DNA of 41,581 nt from a virus. Taxonomy: Duplodnaviria > Caudoviricetes. The notes beneath the pieces are model-generated. The model was given only the letters and a program-made list of their open reading frames with translations. It searched no databases and had not been told where the DNA came from. Of the stretch, positions 38,943 to 41,581 are shown one piece after another. The position numbers were made by a program, and so were the translations under genes. Within the stretch, counting starts at the first letter, position 1. Each line of letters begins with the position of its first letter. Location of the stretch: the IMG/VR virus record IMGVR_UViG_3300025803_000022, positions 1 to 41,581 of that record. One strand, written 5' to 3'.

Positions 38943-40270
38943 TACTTCTTCTTAATCTTGTATGGGATTTTACCACCGTATTCGTTACGCATAGTTGGTG
39001 AAGCTAAGTCTTCAGGGGATAGGCCCACGCGAAGCTGGTTGATGCGATCAATCATATCGCGCATGTAGTTGTCACTTGGCATACGGCCATATTGGTTACG
39101 GAAATCCTGAACGGCCTGTAGCGCCATCCGAACCACAGCTGCATCGTCCATGTCATCCGTATATTGCACTGCCGCCCTAACTATATCCTCCCTTTCGGAC
39201 TTTAGTGCATCAAGCTTTGCTTTAGCAGTTGCGCGATCTGCAAGAGGCCCATTGATAGCATCGAACTCTAGCTCATCAATTTGTTTTTGTAAATCCTGTA
39301 GCACGTCACTAGCAGCCAAATTGCCACGACGTAGAGACTCCTCCAACGGCATCCCGCCACGGCGGCTTGCTGCGCTGACGATCTCTCGATCACTCAAAGG
39401 ATACATCTCACCATACCCCATTACCGTAAAGGGTTCCTCGCTACCATCCACATACCCATAACCATGTCCATACCCATACATCATCTCCACATTGTTGATC
39501 TCCTTGTTGACTAGGTCGCGTGCATCTTGTAGAGTAGCCCCTGGCTTCAACATCCCATCTTCAATCATCTCATCAATGAGGGGCTGCTGGATTGCAGGAT
39601 CGAGAGTGTCATCAAACAACATAGAAACTTGTTTCCGTTGCATATTTGCAATGTTGCTTGTTGCGAGGTTATCTATTGGCCTAGCAATCCCTTGCCTATC
39701 AGCACCAGCCTTCAAGTCGGTGTTTAGGTTGGCAGTAGGGGAGTTTTGACGGTACATACCACTCAACTGACTTTCCGTCGGGGTGGGGAGGACACGTCCT
39801 CTGATAGCCTTGTACGCATCAGCGCCATACCGACCCATAGCCCCAGGGAGCAGTGCAAGCAGTGCCCCTAGTCCTGCTGCATCATAATCCTGGTTGTAGG
39901 CATCGCGACCGATGTACCCTGCCTCCATCAGGTCCCCTAGTATTGGCGTCATACCTGCAGCAAACTCCCCCATCTGCGATTTCATCTGGTCTGCAGTCCC
40001 CCCAGGGCGCATAAACTCGCGTTGACGCTGTTCTTCTGCGCTATAGAACCTTTGACCCCCACCAATTGACCTTTGTGTGGGTGGGGTGTAGTTACGCAAG
40101 TCAGGACGCGCAGGTTCTGGGGGTGTCGTCCTGCGCATTTGGTTAGTGCGGATGTCCTCATCTTGCGATGTAGGTGCAATGGTAGAGGGGCGGAGATCGT
40201 AGCTGAGAGCATCAAGCAACTCCCTGACATTTGTAGGGTAACCCCCGTCTTGCAACTTCTTGATTTTCAT
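38942..40270 (-). CDS. Putative virion-delivered protein with pre-toxin-like hydrophobic hairpin
   Basis: 442 aa; leader shared with the 1355-aa protein; AGMTPILGD...DYDAAGLGALLALLPG; C-terminal EYGGKIPYKIKKK. Confidence 0.5.
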   Translation of the reverse strand: MKIKKLQDGGYPTNVRELLDALSYDLRPSTIAPTSQDEDIRTNQMRRTTPPEPARPDLRNYTPPTQRSIGGGQRFYSAEEQRQREFMRPGGTADQMKSQMGEFAAGMTPILGDLMEAGYIGRDAYNQDYDAAGLGALLALLPGAMGRYGADAYKAIRGRVLPTPTESQLSGMYRQNSPTANLNTDLKAGADRQGIARPIDNLATSNIANMQRKQVSMLFDDTLDPAIQQPLIDEMIEDGMLKPGATLQDARDLVNKEINNVEMMYGYGHGYGYVDGSEEPFTVMGYGEMYPLSDREIVSAASRRGGMPLEESLRRGNLAASDVLQDLQKQIDELEFDAINGPLADRATAKAKLDALKSEREDIVRAAVQYTDDMDDAAVVRMALQAVQDFRNQYGRMPSDNYMRDMIDRINQLRVGLSPEDLASPTMRNEYGGKIPYKIKKK

Positions 40271-40274
40271 GTAG

Positions 40275-40282
40275 TAAAGATA
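40275..40282 (-). promoter_or_regulatory. Variant -7 promoter box
   Basis: TATCTTTA, 4 nt before ATG 40270, the first gene of the minus-strand arm. Confidence 0.5.
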
Positions 40283-40822
40283 ATAATCCTTACCACTGCC
40301 TCGAACACCAAGGAATCAGTTCAGGTCAGTGCACAAGTGACCCGTATTCACCAAAAGAGCCACCCAAATTTCGTAGGTTCACTGTGTCAACCTCCCCATT
40401 TATCCGTCTCTCTAAGTCAAAGTTACACCAAAAAATTGACATTGTCAAATCCCCCTCTGTAATAGACGCACAACAGACAAAATCCTGGGATATAGACGTA
40501 GTATGAACAAGGGAAATAGACAATTGTCTAAAACTATGGCACATTCCTCTCTTTTTTTTCTACAACTTCCCAACTGTACAAAACTCGTCGAGAGAATTCA
40601 GAGGGGAAATCCACCAGGAGGGCACAAGAAAACAGCTTTTGAAGTAAATACCGAAGAAGGGGTGAGAAAAAAGGTTTGAACAACAGAGATCGGGGATTAT
40701 ATAATTTACGCGGCGTTGGCGGCGGCGACCGAAACCGACTCGACTTGGTGGCGTTTTGTGTTAGTATTTGTATTTCCAGGACTTTTCAGCTTTTTAATTG
40801 CAATAGTAACAGTACTATCCCC

Positions 40823-40840
40823 CTGATTATCAGCGACTTA
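40823..40840. promoter_or_regulatory. IHF-like binding site, copy 1
   Basis: CTGATTATCAGCGACTTA contains an exact match to WATCARNNNNTTR. Confidence 0.45.
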
Positions 40841-41086
40841 CAACTTTGCGGCGCCCCCTTTTGTGTTGCCATTCATTGCATTGACCGAAAGAAACCGTGT
40901 ACAATACCGCCCCCCGTTCCATTGTCTATTCCCCCCACTACCGATAGGTCTGGGCATTGTTTGTATTACTATTTCAATTCCTTTGTGTTGATATTGCGTT
41001 TATTCCAAATACTAACAACAAACTAACCAACGGGGGCACATCGATATTATACATCGGTTCATCGAAAATATCGCAGTGAATGGGTG

Positions 41087-41104
41087 CTGATTTTCAATGA
41101 GTTA
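41087..41104. promoter_or_regulatory. IHF-like binding site, copy 2
   Basis: CTGATTTTCAATGAGTTA, 14/18 identical to copy 1. Confidence 0.4.
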
Positions 41105-41144
41105 GCAAATTCGACCAACTCTCTATCGACATTATCAGTTTTTT

Positions 41145-41177
41145 TTTGGTATTGTCGAAAACACGTCACTAACTTTG
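41145..41177 (+). promoter_or_regulatory. Complete Bacteroidota primary-sigma promoter (-33/-7)
   Basis: TTTG (41145-41148), 21-nt spacer, TAACTTTG (41170-41177). Confidence 0.7.
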
Positions 41178-41181
41178 ACGG

Positions 41182-41581
41182 CGTCAGACGTCGACGGGGC
41201 AAAGGCTCCTATATAGCGGCGAACGATACGACACCATCAGGTGCGTACATAGTGTCTCATTAGCCTACGACGTTAGAACAACGGCAAATGCCCTACCTTC
41301 TAACCTTTGTGTGTCAAGTAGTCCCCGACGGATAACGGGGGCGAAAGTATAGAAGCACACACGGAAAAGTCGAACACGGAATATATCCACCGTGCAAAGG
41401 TTGACCCTACCCAATACAGGGAACTTAAATAATGAGTCACGGAACGTCTACGGAATACCTTAATAGGTAGCGTAGACGGTGCGGTATGTAGTGCCCCCCT
41501 TATTACACGGGGCTACATTGACCGTGCTGAAGTAACCCATCCACAGGGAGAACGCGAATTGTGCGCAAGTAGCGCACATCG
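41182..41581 (+). ncRNA. Candidate large structured non-coding RNA (probably truncated by the window end)
   Basis: Starts at the predicted TSS; no ORF of 60 aa or more; more than 10 consecutive or nested helices identified by eye. Confidence 0.6.

Noticed and set aside
40326-41026. Track ORFs 40326-40544 and 40676-41026
   Set aside because: Atypical composition, no coupling or promoter, low-complexity context; treated as non-coding.
1-41581. Stop-codon reassignment as in some Crassvirales
   Set aside because: Long intact ORFs under the standard code; TAA, TGA and TAG all end genes at sensible boundaries (TAG at 13124, 19187 and 20287).
41182-41581. tRNA, CRISPR array or hammerhead ribozyme as the explanation of the structured region
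   Set aside because: No cloverleaf with a T-loop GTTCRA, no repeat-spacer periodicity, and no CTGANGA/GAAA core in the proper arrangement seen by eye.

Overview
This 41.6 kb window is the virion-morphogenesis (late) arm of a tailed phage resembling Crassvirales/Bacteroidota podoviruses. Nearly all genes lie on the minus strand and are tightly coupled by TAATG/TGATG/ATGA overlaps. In transcription order (right to left): proteins sharing a basic [YL]xxGG leader (putative virion cargo), a putative endolysin/holin pair, a single plus-strand winged-helix gene, a GroES-like protein, a putative small terminase, a glycosyltransferase-like gene, large terminase, portal, collagen and RCC1-repeat fibre genes, small basic proteins, beta-rich paralogues, scaffold, major capsid, tail ring proteins, a split tail stabilisation (muzzle) gene and probable ejection proteins. 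TAnnTTTG promoter boxes and AT-rich, SD-less starts point to a Bacteroidota host. Best leads: (1) a promoter-driven, ORF-free, densely base-paired region of at least 400 nt at the right end (candidate large structured ncRNA); (2) a [YFL]xxGG motif shared by many otherwise unrelated proteins; (3) apparently leaderless late transcripts; (4) two micro-ORFs missed by the ORF track. All family calls come from motif recognition and synteny; no database search was run.
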